A stretch of 64,000 bases of DNA from an uncultured Acidobacteriota bacterium (GCA_963828465.1 CAWHEU010000022.1:224001-288000), one strand, 5' to 3'. Positions 29,242 to 40,869 are shown, numbered from the stretch's first letter. Notes: generated from the letters alone by a model not told the origin. Made by a program: numbers and translations.

Positions 29242-31431
29242 TCACAGCTGATCGAGCAGTTCCAGCCATTGGCGGGCCCGGTGATCGAGTGTGTGCTCCG
29301 AAAGAACGACCTCGCGGCCTTCGGCGGCCAGCCGACGGCGGAGAACTGGATCGTCGAGAAGGCTACTCAGCTGGCTCTCCAGTTCACGAGCGTTGGAGTA
29401 CGTGGGGATCAGGTCGCCGAAGACCTCGTCGAGCCCGCCAACGTCATCCGACAGCACCACACCACCTGAGGCAAGGACGTCGAAGAGACGGTTGGCCAGG
29501 AAGCCATTGGTGCGCATAGAGCCGTGGTGATCGGCAACGACGACCCCGGCCGAACGATAAGCGGCCGCAAGATCCTGATTTGCTATGTACTCGCCGCGTA
29601 CGAAGGCCGCCTCGGGGAAGGTCTCCCAGAACTTCCCATACAAGTCGAAAGGGCGCCCGTTTCGCATCATCCATCTTGGGGCGAGACGATGGGGCCACCG
29701 AGAGTTTCCTACGTAAAGCACTGAGTCCTCGTAGTCAACATTGCGCGGTCCGATCTTGAAGGTATCGGTGTCCGCCGCCTGGGGGATGAAATACACAGGA
29801 CGACCGAGCTCGGTGCTCAGCTGTTCGGCGTGGACACGGCTGGCCGAGGCGATCAGGTCGTAGTCATCACACTCACCGGTCTGCAACCGATCCGGGTGAC
29901 TGATGACCCAGAGCAGGTTCCACTGACCACGAGCCACCGGTCGTCGTGCGAGGCCACGGAGGTGGATGATGACGTCGCAACTCGTCGCTCGCATACCGTC
30001 CCAGTCGCTGGCGATGATCTCGGTGGCCTCTTGGCCCAACCTGCGAAATGCCCGCATCAGTCCGCGGGCCAGGTGCGTATCACCCCAGAACTGGGCCTTT
30101 TCCCAGTCCGGTGCGCAGGTGGATATCCCGATCCGCATGCTGTCGACCCGGGGCGCGGCGATGGCCAGAAGCAGGCTGAAGAGATGTGGATCGCCGTTGG
30201 TCAGCCCGTCCTCGACCTTCGCGTTCCCCGATCCCCAGATGGCGTCCAACGTTGCCCGGCTCAGTTGGTCGTGCACGAGGATCCGCTTAGCAGCGTCGAG
30301 ATTGCCTGATCTCGCCCATTCACTTTCTTGATCGCACACGAGGGCAAGAGACATGTCGACCCCGGCGAACCAGTGGACATCCTGAGGCGGCGTCACCGCA
30401 ATGGCGACATCACAGGATTGCCTTTCCTCGTCGTTCACGTACCAGCCGATGCGACGAGCCCGCTCCCGCAGCCTTTTTGCGAGGCTGTGTGCCGGCGAAT
30501 TGGGCTCGGATATCAAGCACACGGTCGGTGGTTGGCTGCCGCGGAAGTACCAAGCCGAATCTGGTCCGGTGGCCTCGGTCCTGAGCTTGCGCATCAGCGC
30601 GGGTCCCCACAATCCATTGAACCAGTGGTGGTTGCGGGTTCTGCGCTCCAGCCACTCCTTGGTCATGTACCGGTCCTGGGTTCCAAACTCGTGATGGAAC
30701 AGCACGGCCCGGTCGTCGACCACGATCTTCCCGACATCGGCCAACCGGAGACAGAGATCCCAGTCCTCTGATCCATACCAGTAGGTCTCGTCGAAGGGCG
30801 TCGCAATCAGGTCAGAGCGCCTCGAGAGCAGGCAAGCGGCGGTCACAGCCGGGACCTGATGTCGAGCGGGAACCTCGATCGACAGCGGATCCATCCCTGA
30901 TCCGATATTTACAGCGCGCGCCCCCCACCTCGAGTATTCGAAATAGGTGCCCCGATGCTGGACTGTTAGATCAGGGTGAGCTGGCGGGTGCTTTTGTTTG
31001 GGCCGACTTGGATAGACGAGCATGGCCCCCACCGCCGCGACGTCTTCCTCGAGCGACTCCACCATGTATCCAAGCCAATCTGGATGGATTGGCTCGATAT
31101 CGTTGTTGGCGAGCAGCACCAGTTCACCGGTCGCCGCCCGAATGCCTTGATTGTTTGCAGCCGAAAAGCTCAGGTTCTCTTCGTTGGAGATAAGGCGCTT
31201 CTTTCCCTCCCATCGCTCGAACACCCCGATTGAGCCATCCGACGATCCGTTGTCCACCAGGACGAGTTCTATAGGGCGATAGCGCGTGTGCTTCCTCAAC
31301 CCATTCAGCAGGCGACGCAGATGTGTCTCCCCGTCGCGATTCGTCACCACGATGGAAACCAGCGGTCCCTCCGATGGGGCAGGCTGGGCTCGGAGCTTCG
31401 TCAGCTTTCTGGTGAGCGACGCTTTTTCCAC
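29242..31431 (-). CDS. Bifunctional glycosyltransferase (GT2 plus CgeB-like GT-B)
   Basis: GT2 motifs LVDNGSSD, ANND, AVTAACLL and EDWDLCLR; C-terminal WGDTH, ANRLFDVLASG and EHT. Confidence 0.88.
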   Translation of the reverse strand: MEKASLTRKLTKLRAQPAPSEGPLVSIVVTNRDGETHLRRLLNGLRKHTRYRPIELVLVDNGSSDGSIGVFERWEGKKRLISNEENLSFSAANNQGIRAATGELVLLANNDIEPIHPDWLGYMVESLEEDVAAVGAMLVYPSRPKQKHPPAHPDLTVQHRGTYFEYSRWGARAVNIGSGMDPLSIEVPARHQVPAVTAACLLSRRSDLIATPFDETYWYGSEDWDLCLRLADVGKIVVDDRAVLFHHEFGTQDRYMTKEWLERRTRNHHWFNGLWGPALMRKLRTEATGPDSAWYFRGSQPPTVCLISEPNSPAHSLAKRLRERARRIGWYVNDEERQSCDVAIAVTPPQDVHWFAGVDMSLALVCDQESEWARSGNLDAAKRILVHDQLSRATLDAIWGSGNAKVEDGLTNGDPHLFSLLLAIAAPRVDSMRIGISTCAPDWEKAQFWGDTHLARGLMRAFRRLGQEATEIIASDWDGMRATSCDVIIHLRGLARRPVARGQWNLLWVISHPDRLQTGECDDYDLIASASRVHAEQLSTELGRPVYFIPQAADTDTFKIGPRNVDYEDSVLYVGNSRWPHRLAPRWMMRNGRPFDLYGKFWETFPEAAFVRGEYIANQDLAAAYRSAGVVVADHHGSMRTNGFLANRLFDVLASGGVVLSDDVGGLDEVFGDLIPTYSNARELESQLSSLLDDPVLRRRLAAEGREVVLSEHTLDHRARQWLELLDQL

Positions 31432-32963
31432 GATCGGACCGTTTGGAAGAGGCCACGGAAGGGTCGAGAAAGGGCCAATGCCATCTTGACGCTTCGCCGG
31501 TTGCTCAGGCGATCAAGGGCTCGTTCTGCCTCATCGGCGCGCTTCCTTTCGGCTTCGAGCGCACGGATCTCCTCGCCTTCGATTGGTCGGGCTGCGCTGT
31601 CCAGATGTTTCTCTTCGAGTCCGAAGTATCCCTCGACGAAAGACAGCCGCTGATCGAAAGCGTGGAGCCTCCCAATGTTGGCGATGAGGTCGGTGACAAC
31701 CGGAATGAGTTCGCTGTCCGTCAGCACACGCTTTCGGAAGATCAGTCCCGACCGACCGGGCGACAGACGTTTGGTCACGACGTGATCCCAGCCGCTCTTG
31801 TCAGCGATTTCCTGGACGCGAGCGGGCCGGGGATGGCTGACAATCGCTGGGGTCACCGTCAACAACCCCTCGCCTTCAGGGTCGGGGGCATCGAGTACTA
31901 GCTCGCTCAGCGGGTGGGTGTTGATGTAGGCCGAACGGAAGAAGTACTCGACGTCTGAGGCGGACCGGCCGGCCAGCAGGCCAGGCACAACCAAGCCCTG
32001 GGGTCTGAGACCTTCTTGCATGAGTGCGGAACCCACACTCATCAGACTGGCAGCCTCGATCTGGTTCAAGAACACTCCAGGTCGGTTGCTGCCTCCGCTG
32101 CGGGCTCCCTGCGGGAGCACCTCGACGACATGCGGCTTCGGGTCGGTTGAAAAGTGCGCCATCCCCCAGAGTTGATTGCGTTGCTGGGCGAATCTGACAC
32201 CTACGTGCGTTTCAAGTGGCCACTCCGGCTCGGAACTGAGATGCAGGGACTTCAAGCTCGTCGTGGGAACGGTTTCTGGATGACGGGCCCTCTTGAGGAG
32301 CATGTCGTACGTTGGACTCGAATCGAGCAGCGGTGATCGATGACGCACCAGGTTCTCAGCGAAGAACTCCTGTGCTGCACCTTCGTCCCAGGAAAGCCCC
32401 AGCGATTCCGCGAGGTCCCTGACTTGTCTGATCAGGCTGTCACCGTCCCCGGGGAATCGAATGATCGGCAGTGGTACCTGATCGGCTATTTCTAGTAGCC
32501 GACGGAGATACGCTTCGACGATCGCCTCCGCCCGGTCGTGTCGAATCTGGTCCCGTGTCTCGATGGACCGCACCGTGTCGACCGGCGGTCGTACCACTGC
32601 CACCAGGCGGACACGATCCATTCCAAGGTGGCTCCATGCCGGGAGCAGGAACATCGAGCGGGGGTCCTTCATTGCCCACACCCCGGGAAGCCGGTTGTGG
32701 ACATCCACCTGCTCGGCAAGGGCGGAGAGATCCAGCAGGTCCGGGCGGAATGTCGTGGGTGGGCATGTCCAGTCCCGCTCCATTTGCGCAAGGAGGTTGC
32801 GGTGGGCATCGACCACCCCAATTGCCTCGTAGTAACCCAGCGGATTGTCCCCGGTGGGCGGCATCAACTCGCCCATCGAAACTCCGCATGCGTGGTACAG
32901 AAGGCCTGCCACGACTGAGGTGCCAGAACGATGGCATCCCAAGACGAAGATAGGTTCGGTCAT
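31401..32963 (-). CDS. Sulfotransferase-family protein with C-terminal coiled coil
   Basis: PAPS-binding loop VLGCHRSGTS, NPLGYYE, KDPR and VRPP; C-terminus ERKRADEAERALDRLSNRRSVKMAL. Confidence 0.82.
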   Translation of the reverse strand: MTEPIFVLGCHRSGTSVVAGLLYHACGVSMGELMPPTGDNPLGYYEAIGVVDAHRNLLAQMERDWTCPPTTFRPDLLDLSALAEQVDVHNRLPGVWAMKDPRSMFLLPAWSHLGMDRVRLVAVVRPPVDTVRSIETRDQIRHDRAEAIVEAYLRRLLEIADQVPLPIIRFPGDGDSLIRQVRDLAESLGLSWDEGAAQEFFAENLVRHRSPLLDSSPTYDMLLKRARHPETVPTTSLKSLHLSSEPEWPLETHVGVRFAQQRNQLWGMAHFSTDPKPHVVEVLPQGARSGGSNRPGVFLNQIEAASLMSVGSALMQEGLRPQGLVVPGLLAGRSASDVEYFFRSAYINTHPLSELVLDAPDPEGEGLLTVTPAIVSHPRPARVQEIADKSGWDHVVTKRLSPGRSGLIFRKRVLTDSELIPVVTDLIANIGRLHAFDQRLSFVEGYFGLEEKHLDSAARPIEGEEIRALEAERKRADEAERALDRLSNRRSVKMALALSRPFRGLFQTVRSWKKRRSPES

Positions 32964-33036
32964 TCTTGCTCGCGCTCTTCGGACTGGAACATTCTGACCG
33001 TTTCAAGGCGACATCCCGAGTCGATTGCCCGTCGTG

Positions 33037-34005
33037 TCATTGCGACAGTCCAGTCGCCTTCCATCGAGGGGTCAGCTGACGATCCTCAAATGAGACTGGC
33101 AGGCGTAACTGCAGATCGGCCGGGACGCGATTTCCTCCGGCCACTTTGAACCTCGATTCGAGGACCCGGGGTCTCGACGCTTTTCCCACCCAAGCATCAA
33201 ATACCGAGCCGACGTCGATGGCGACGCAGCCCGCTTCCTTGATCCACTGGCAATAGGCCTTGCCTGGGATGCCGGCCCCGACGAGAACCAATGTTCCCTT
33301 CGGAAAGATGAGTTCCGATCTGATCGTGTGATACCGGTCCGGAACGTGGCGGCCTGCCTCAGGTGCCTCGACGAACTTGTCGGGCACGATCACCGCCGTG
33401 GTGCGGACATCAAACCGGCGAGCCACCAGTTCCTGCAGTTCCGGTCTGGCCGTGACCAAGCCGATTTCTGTCTCCTCTTCGAGGATCCTGTGGAGCTCGC
33501 CCGACGCCAGTAGTTCCCAGTGGATCCAGGCACTGCAGAATCGCTGAGTCTCCGACCACTCCAAACGGCACAGAGCTCGGTGAAGGAGGGCCAGTCTTCG
33601 GGCGCCGAGCGCGCTCAGGTTGTCCCGTTCATCATCTCTGATCGAGAAAGCGGACATGACGAATTCTTTGACTTCGCTCCCGGGCCTGTCGAGCAGATCT
33701 GTTGGAAGCGCCACATTCAGGATGTCATCCCTGATTCCAACTATGTCGGCTCCTCGAACAGCCTCTTCCAGATCTCGCTTGACTTCGGCGAGGGCACCCA
33801 GTGTGACACCCTCCGTACCCCAGTGTCCATGCAGGTATGCGAGATCCTCGAGCCGCATTTCGTCGTCGAATGAGAGCACGATCCCTTCGCCATCACCCAG
33901 TCTTATGAGACTGAACGGTTGGCGAGCTGATACCGCTGAGCGAACTAGGTCGAGCGTGGCCGAGTCGCCGAGCAGCGGAAAGTCACAGGTTGGAAAGACA
34001 GGCAT
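33037..34005 (-). CDS. GT-D-fold-like (DUF1792-like) putative glycosyltransferase
   Basis: Motifs FSLIRLGDGE, ADIVG, LVGAGIPGK and IDVGSVFD. Confidence 0.65.
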   Translation of the reverse strand: MPVFPTCDFPLLGDSATLDLVRSAVSARQPFSLIRLGDGEGIVLSFDDEMRLEDLAYLHGHWGTEGVTLGALAEVKRDLEEAVRGADIVGIRDDILNVALPTDLLDRPGSEVKEFVMSAFSIRDDERDNLSALGARRLALLHRALCRLEWSETQRFCSAWIHWELLASGELHRILEEETEIGLVTARPELQELVARRFDVRTTAVIVPDKFVEAPEAGRHVPDRYHTIRSELIFPKGTLVLVGAGIPGKAYCQWIKEAGCVAIDVGSVFDAWVGKASRPRVLESRFKVAGGNRVPADLQLRLPVSFEDRQLTPRWKATGLSQ

Positions 34006-34371
34006 GGGCTGATTGCTATTCCTGACGGAGGTGCCATGTCAACGACATCGCCAGATGCCATGGACACTAGCCGCAGGCGTCGCGGTGGCGGCAATTTCGC
34101 AAAGGAAGGGCCGCCACCCACGACGACAGGACTCCAACAAGCATGCGAAACAGCCGACATATCTGCGAGGACCGATAGCATGTCTCGAATCACCATGTCG
34201 CAGAATGAATCGAAACGCGCCCAGGAACCGGCGGCGAAGCCATGTCTCTGTCACCGAAGAGATCGGGGCCATGAATGCCGGCGAAATCGTCACACGGGTC
34301 GACGACGAGCTCGGACATGGACTCAGCTCAACGCCATGCCTGACCGCTGGCTTCCGACGCACTGATCGGGC

Positions 34372-36097
34372 ATGATCGCAGGCGGTACGAAACCCGACAC
34401 CGCAGCCGAGGTCCCAGGATGGGAATCGGCGACCGAACCTTCTCGCCTAGGCGCGTTCAGCTTTCGAGTCTGGGGATGGGTGCGTTCGGAATCGCTGTTG
34501 TTGACAGTGCTCATTGGCTCGTTCCTGACCCGCCTCTTCATCGCGGACCGCCAGTCTTACTGGCTCGACGAGTTGTACTCAGTGACGATCCACGGAGGGT
34601 GGAACGAGAGCGTTCAAGAGCTGGTGCGAGTTCTTGCAAATATCACCGTCTACCCACCTTTGTACTTCGTGATCCTCTTCGAATGGATGAACTGGTTCGG
34701 TGATTCGGAGCTTGCGACGCGTCTCTTGTCGATTATCTACATAACACTCGCAGGACTCTTCCTCTACTTGCTGCTGCGAATCGGCTTCTCCAAAAGGATT
34801 GCTCTCGCTTCGGTTATCACGTTCAACTTGATGTACACACCATTGTATTACAGCCTCGAAACACGGCCGTATGCGCAGACGATGTTTCTAGTGACCGTAT
34901 CCTCGTACCTGCTGCTGCGCATTCTGCGAAGAGGGATGCACGAAGGTTGGAGACGCGCCCTGGTTTCACCGACCGGGTCGATCTTCGTTGTCGCGAACTC
35001 GGCACTTCTCTTGACTCATTATTACAACGCATTCTTCTGGGTCGCCCAAGGTTTGGTCGCTTGCATCTTTGTGCTGTGCGAGATGCGCCCGCGCACATGG
35101 CTGAAAGGAATCGGCTCCGTCGCGGTCTTGTACGGGATGCAGGCCGCCATCTTCGTAGGCGTGTGGGGCCGGAATCTGCTCAGGGAATTCGGCGAGCGCT
35201 CGGGACCCTTTACGATCACAGGTGCGGGCGAGTTGCCGAACCCCTTTTCCACGGTGTTGGACAGAGTTGTATCACCCAATATCAGAATGCCAGGGATTGT
35301 CGGGTGGGTCGCCCTGGTGCTGGTCGTCGTGGTCGGAGTGGGTGCATTTTCCGCTATAGCAAGACGGACCACATCGAGTCCGGAACGTATCGAAGCCTGG
35401 ACGACAATCTACGTTCTGGGTTGGATGGTGCTCCCTGTGGTGGTCCTGTACCTTGGGTTCCTTGTTACAGGAGTTGCGCTCTATTCTGACAGATATTTCG
35501 TTGCCAGCGTGGTTCCTCTCGCCCCACTCCTCGTGTTGGGTGTGGAAAAGGCTGCCCGTTCAATCGCAAATCTCACTGGGCGCATACGCGGCGCTGCATC
35601 AGATCGGCACTTCTCGCAGAAGGCATGGGCGGTCCCTGCTTGTCATAGCGGCTATTGGGTTATTGGTCCTTCCGCAAGGATATGCCGCAGCTACCGAGCC
35701 AAAGGCCGATTGGCGGGGGGCCGCACGTGATATAGTCGATATTGTCGAGTCCAACCCGGACTCCAGTTACGTGATTTACGAGCCGTCCTTTCGCCCTACC
35801 CCGCTGTTGGACTTCTACCTAGCTCGGTACAGCGATGATGTCCGTGTAACGGGCACCATCCAGCGGTTACAAGAGCGGAGAGCGCAGGAGGACCCGAGCT
35901 ACAAGTTTGGCTTCGAGCGAGATGCGGAAATCATCGGTCAGTTCGACTACCTCATCGTTCCGTTTATGCACCACACCACCGAGCATTTCCCCATTGCATT
36001 GGAAAGGCTAATGGAGGCGTACGACCTTCAACATTGGGGCATAGGCGCCGACGGAACGGGGTTGGCGATCTTTTCGATCCCAAAGGGAGTGAGCTAG
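34372..36097 (+). CDS. GT-C membrane glycosyltransferase (ArnT/PMT-like); frameshift near 35630
   Basis: Motifs SYWLDE, YPPLY, ETRPYA and THYY; many TM helices; KADWRGAA lies in the second frame. Confidence 0.8.
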
Positions 36098-37474
36098 GCC
36101 GGAACCGCGGGGAGCCATTTGAGCTGCTCGTAGATGGGAAACACCTCTACGTGGTCGCCGACTCGCCTTTTACCACATTGCTCGGCGACTCCTCGGGCCT
36201 GGCCGTACGCACCAGTCCAACTGACGATGAGATGCATCAGAACAAATGCCACGACCTCAGCTACGAGGAATGCCCAGGTCACACGATCGAGTGGCGGTCC
36301 CGGACCCAGAACGGCCCAAGCGAAGCCGACAACCAGAGCGCCCACCCAGGGAAATATGACCGCTCCGCCACGGCCGACGGCTATCAACAGCAAGGTAGAG
36401 AACAGCCCGCCCAAGGCCACCGTGCTCCCTGCGGCCACGACACCGACCAAGTCGGATGGGAGCGAGACGTCTGATCCGAACACGAGACCAACGAGGTCAG
36501 GCCCAAGGGTCGCCCCAAATACCGCCGCTAATGGTGTCAGGCTGACGACGCCGGCCACGGTCAGCCACGCCAAGCGTCGGACTATCAACTGAGGACCTTC
36601 GACAGCTACACGGGTTAGCCATCCGGTCAGGCGCGTGGCCAGGCCGGTCGCAAGGATGTATGGGGCGCGAAACAGCGCGAGTGCGCTGAACAGTCCGGTG
36701 ACGGACGCAGGGACTCCACCAAGCCAGGCGAGGATTAGAGGACCGCCGGTCAGAACGACCTGAGATATCAGTGTTCCTCCCGCCACTCCGCTGAGGAAAC
36801 TCAGCGTACGTCCTCTGGCGGCTGCGGATGCCTGCCCTGTCAGGCGTAGGGCCGACGGCCAGATGACGACGACAAGAAACCCGAGGGTCAAGGCGATCGC
36901 GGTACGCGCTGCTTCCCCATCCAGCCAGGACGACGATCACTGCAGCGACAGCACGAATCAGGTTTTCGGTTGCGAACGCAGCGGCTGCCGCCGTAAACCT
37001 ACGACGGGCAGCCAGCGTGCCTCGTGTCAGTCCGACCATCACCGAACCGAGCGGGATCGTTGCGGCCAGGACTGGGTAGAGCGCCCCACTGTCTGAGAAG
37101 AGGGTCGACCGCGCCAGCCATGCGAGTACGCCAATCGTGGTTGAGAGAAGCACAGCCGCAGCGAGGATCAGAGGCCGGACGGCTCGAACCGTGCCGTCTG
37201 TCCCATCTGCCTCGATCGTGCGGATGACCCAGTGCTGAACGGGAAAAGTAATTACCGCTGCACTCATCGCCCAGATGGTCCAGAGCACAGAAATGGGAGC
37301 GAACTCAACCGCCCCATAGGTTCGGGTACCGAGAACGACATATGCGTAAGCGAGGAGCCCTGATACCGCGGTGCCTGTCAACAAAGCAGTGCTATCGTGG
37401 AGCCAGCCCTGGCGAGATTCAGACAAGGCATCGGCAGAGTACAGCCGACCAGACGCGTCCAATAGCGCCCTCAT
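36094..37474 (-). CDS. Wzx/MOP-type polysaccharide flippase; frameshift near 36900
   Basis: Two overlapping multi-TM ORFs with SGLLAY..RTYG, ENLIR and LFRAP. Confidence 0.7.
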
Positions 37475-37726
37475 CGACCATTCCGAGCATGCCTACGACT
37501 GCAAACAAGCGATCGTGGCGGCTGGACTTGCTGCTTGAGGAGATCTCCAAGAAAATGGACCGTGACCCAAGGCCAACTCAACAATCCTTCTAGGCGGTCA
37601 CCAACCGATATTGTGCCTTCATGATCGGTCGTGATCGAACTCATCCGCGAGTGAACACTCAGCACCAGCTTCGGCAAGCGGCTGTGCAGCGCTGGCCCCC
37701 GCTGTGCGCTCATGGAGGAGTCCATG

Positions 37727-38345
37727 GAGGATGAGCGGCGGACCGGCCCTTGGGCGGTATTAGGGCTCCCGTTCGTCTACGAGTCCGTCCAACGGGCCAT
37801 TGGCTCTCCCCGCCTGCGCACTGAGCTTGGCGATCGCTACCTCCAGATCCGACCTGGCCATCGGGTGCTGGACATCGGTTGCGGACCGGGCGCCATGCTG
37901 GAGGAGCTCGGGCCAGTGTCGTATACCGGATTTCGACCCAAGCCCGTCCTACATATCTGCGGCGCACGACAAGTATGGCGATGCGGGAACATTCTTCGTG
38001 GGCCAGGTGGGGGAGGTGTCGGAGGCCGACCTCGGCGAATACGATCGGGTATTGGCGAAGAGTGTGCTGCACCATGTTGACGACGAGGTAGCCACGGAGT
38101 TGTTCCGCCTGAGCAGGCGCGTCCTAGATGCCGGCGGAAGGCTGGTCACGAGCGACGCCTGCTTCCAGCCGAAGCAATCACCGATAGCTCGTCTCATCAT
38201 CTCCCGTGATCGTGGGCGCCACGTTCGAACCCCGGAATCGTATGAGGCCATTGCACGGACCGTCTTCGATGACGTGACTGTGCATGTGCGACATGACATG
38301 CTGCGCGTGCCATACACGCACGTGATCCTGGTGTGCCAGGTGTGA
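37727..38345 (+). CDS. Class I SAM-dependent methyltransferase; frameshift near 37930
   Basis: VLDIGCGPG in the first frame; DPSPSYI, VLHH and DRGRHVR in the second. Confidence 0.8.
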
Positions 38346-38364
38346 TTAGGGCACCGAGGCGCGG

Positions 38365-39192
38365 ATGATCGACCTTTCAAAGGTGGCCACGGCGCTCACT
38401 GAGGTAGAACCGGGGCTCTGGACATCTAATGGGAATGCGAACGTGTCATATCCGGTGGACGCTCACAAGGCCCTGGCCGAGATAGAAGACACCTCCTTCT
38501 GGTTTACGCATCGAGCCGCCGTGATCGGGACGGTCTTGTCTCGATATCCACCTAACGGCCATATCTTCGACGTTGGCGGGGGCAATGGCTACATGGTGCG
38601 CGAGTTGAGGGCCCGCGGCATTGAGGCGATTCTCGTGGAGCCCGGAGAGGATGGCGCCAGGGCCGCGCTGGCACGTGGCCTCGGCCCAGTCGTGAACGCC
38701 ACATTGACGACGGCTGGATTCCGGAGTGAAACGCTGGAAGCTGTTGCCCTATTTGACGTGCTCGAGCACGTCGAAGACGACGTCCGCTTCCTGGAGCACA
38801 TCGCTGAGCTCCTTGAACCGCACGGTCGCATCTACATCACGGTCCCTGCCCATATGTGGCTTTGGTCGGGGGAGGACGTTCGCTCCGGACACTTCAGGCG
38901 TTATACGGCTTCATCTCTGCGGAAGGTCTGTGAAATGGCTCAGTTCGATGTCGAGTTCGATTCGTACTTCTTCTCGATGCTGCCGCTCCCGATTTTCACC
39001 ATTCGTACCATCCCAAGCATGCTCCGCCTGAGAACGGCGGGGGGTGTTCGAGCGGATGAGCATCAGAGACCATCCGGGCAGACGGGTGTGTTCTTTGATC
39101 GGACCCTCGCTAGAGAACTGAATACGTTGGATCGGCGAAGGGTCAGGGTCGGAAGCAGTCTGATCGTTGTTGCTCGACGCACAGGCCGATAA
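38365..39192 (+). CDS. Class I SAM-dependent methyltransferase
   Basis: Motifs EDTSFWF, DVGGGNG, DVLEH, TVPA and HFRRY. Confidence 0.9.
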   Translation: MIDLSKVATALTEVEPGLWTSNGNANVSYPVDAHKALAEIEDTSFWFTHRAAVIGTVLSRYPPNGHIFDVGGGNGYMVRELRARGIEAILVEPGEDGARAALARGLGPVVNATLTTAGFRSETLEAVALFDVLEHVEDDVRFLEHIAELLEPHGRIYITVPAHMWLWSGEDVRSGHFRRYTASSLRKVCEMAQFDVEFDSYFFSMLPLPIFTIRTIPSMLRLRTAGGVRADEHQRPSGQTGVFFDRTLARELNTLDRRRVRVGSSLIVVARRTGR

Positions 39193-39209
39193 ATAACAGT
39201 TGCCCGTGC

Positions 39210-39953
39210 CTAGGCCAGGGTCGGCCAGAGAAGCGCGACCTCCGGGATGAAGCCGGCAATCGCCTCGGCTTCGGGGCGGAGCATGCTCCGAAGGTGGGCG
39301 ACGATGTCTGGGCCGATGGTCTCCGTTGGGGCTGAAGCATTGACTCGACCAATGCTCGCCGGCTTGTGAACGATTAACCCGAGTTCCACTTGCAGGGCCA
39401 TCAACACCTTCGCGGGGTCGGCGATGAGTGACTCGAACAGAAGGAAAGTCATCCCTTCTTTGCCCATTGCTTCGATCCAGGGTCGTAGGAGCGTCCAGTA
39501 CCTGCTACGACGTAGGTAGTGGAAGGGTGAAGTGGATACTGTGTCCGGATACGGACGCATCTCGCTCTTCTTGGACAAGGCCATCCGGGCCGGCAGATCT
39601 TCAAGACCGTTCTGCCTCGAGAACTTCCAGTTGGAGATGGCCCGATCGATCGGGTCCCGCAATATCACGATCGGTCGGACTCCTCCGGGGATATCTCTCA
39701 TTCGTAGAGCGCTATCCGGTCGCTCCAGATAAGTGGTCGACTTCTCCAGGAGTAAAGGAGCCTCGATAGGAAAGTGGAGCCGGTGGTACTCGCCATGGTC
39801 GCCCGAACAGAGAAAGAACTTGGGCTCTGGTCGTTCGGGTTGGGCCAATTGAATGTCGGGGTGATCGGCAAGCAGGCGCGCCAGAAGTGTCGAACCGCAA
39901 CGTTGTCCTCCGATGACTACTGCGTGGCGGTGATCATCCATCGAAGCCGGCAC
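39210..39953 (-). CDS. Sulfotransferase
   Basis: Motifs IGGQRCGST, EPKFF, EKSTTY and LRDPIDRAIS (5'- and 3'-phosphosulfate-binding motifs). Confidence 0.88.
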   Translation of the reverse strand: MPASMDDHRHAVVIGGQRCGSTLLARLLADHPDIQLAQPERPEPKFFLCSGDHGEYHRLHFPIEAPLLLEKSTTYLERPDSALRMRDIPGGVRPIVILRDPIDRAISNWKFSRQNGLEDLPARMALSKKSEMRPYPDTVSTSPFHYLRRSRYWTLLRPWIEAMGKEGMTFLLFESLIADPAKVLMALQVELGLIVHKPASIGRVNASAPTETIGPDIVAHLRSMLRPEAEAIAGFIPEVALLWPTLA

Positions 39954-40869
39954 GCTCGCTGATCGTGAACGGCGCCACGCCCCGAGACTGGGTCAGGATG
40001 CGGATGACGTACTCGCCCAACATCGCAAGCATCCCAATGGTCACTCCACCGAGTGTGGCGATCAGAACCACAACAGTCGCCCATCCTTCGACCTGAAACC
40101 TGCCCGCCAGTGCCAATACCAGATAAGTGAGTCCTGCCAGCAGGCTGAGCACGGAGACAGCGAACCCCAGTGCTGCCATCGCCCGTAGAGGCCAGACCGA
40201 ATATGCGAACAGGATGTTGAGGAGAAGCGTGGCGATTCGTGCCGATGTGTAGTTGGATTTGCCATCCGATCGGGGTCGATGGTCCACGTAGACCCAGGCT
40301 GGGCTTGCAGAGTGAAGCAAGGCCTGGCCCGTGACATACGGGAAGGCAGTCCGATCGGAAAGGATCCGGTCGACTACGTCCCTTCGTATGAGCCTGACAT
40401 TGGAGACATGAAAGTCCTGGGGCATCCCGAATACTTTTATGTTGAGCCACCGCACCGCCCTGGTCCCGAAGCGCCGCATCCCGTGTGCCTGCTTTTCCCG
40501 AAAGCGCCCGAAGACAACGTCGTGACCCTCGGCTTCGTCCATCAGTACCTTGATCTCGGAGGGCGGATTCTGTCCGTCGTCGTCGATCGTGACCACCCAA
40601 TCTCCACGTGCCACCGACATTCCGGCTAGGACGGCGTGATGCTGTCCGTGGTTTTTGTACAGACGTAGTCCGCGCACCCGAGAATCGCGCTCGGCGAGGA
40701 ACTTGACGACCTGCCACGATCCGTCGTCGGGGCTTCCGTCGTCTACGAGCACAATCTCGAATGACTCTCCTTGCAGTGTCTCGACCAACTCGTTCACCGT
40801 GCCAGCGAGCAGTTTCTCGCTCCGGTATACGGGTATCACTACCGACATCTGGGGTCGATTGGCTCTCAT
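39934..40869 (-). CDS. GT2 polyprenol-phosphate glycosyltransferase (ArnC/GtrB-like)
   Basis: Motifs VVIPVY, VDDGSPD, KNHGQHHA and DDDGQNPP; two C-terminal TM helices followed by LGEY. Confidence 0.88.
   Translation of the reverse strand: MRANRPQMSVVIPVYRSEKLLAGTVNELVETLQGESFEIVLVDDGSPDDGSWQVVKFLAERDSRVRGLRLYKNHGQHHAVLAGMSVARGDWVVTIDDDGQNPPSEIKVLMDEAEGHDVVFGRFREKQAHGMRRFGTRAVRWLNIKVFGMPQDFHVSNVRLIRRDVVDRILSDRTAFPYVTGQALLHSASPAWVYVDHRPRSDGKSNYTSARIATLLLNILFAYSVWPLRAMAALGFAVSVLSLLAGLTYLVLALAGRFQVEGWATVVVLIATLGGVTIGMLAMLGEYVIRILTQSRGVAPFTISERAGFDG

Noticed and set aside
34010-34370. Unexplained intergenic stretches (also 37475-37720 and 42780-43010) as ncRNA or small genes
   Set aside because: I could not recognise any structure, riboswitch or credible ORF by eye. 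Two of them lie between divergent genes and are probably promoter regions.
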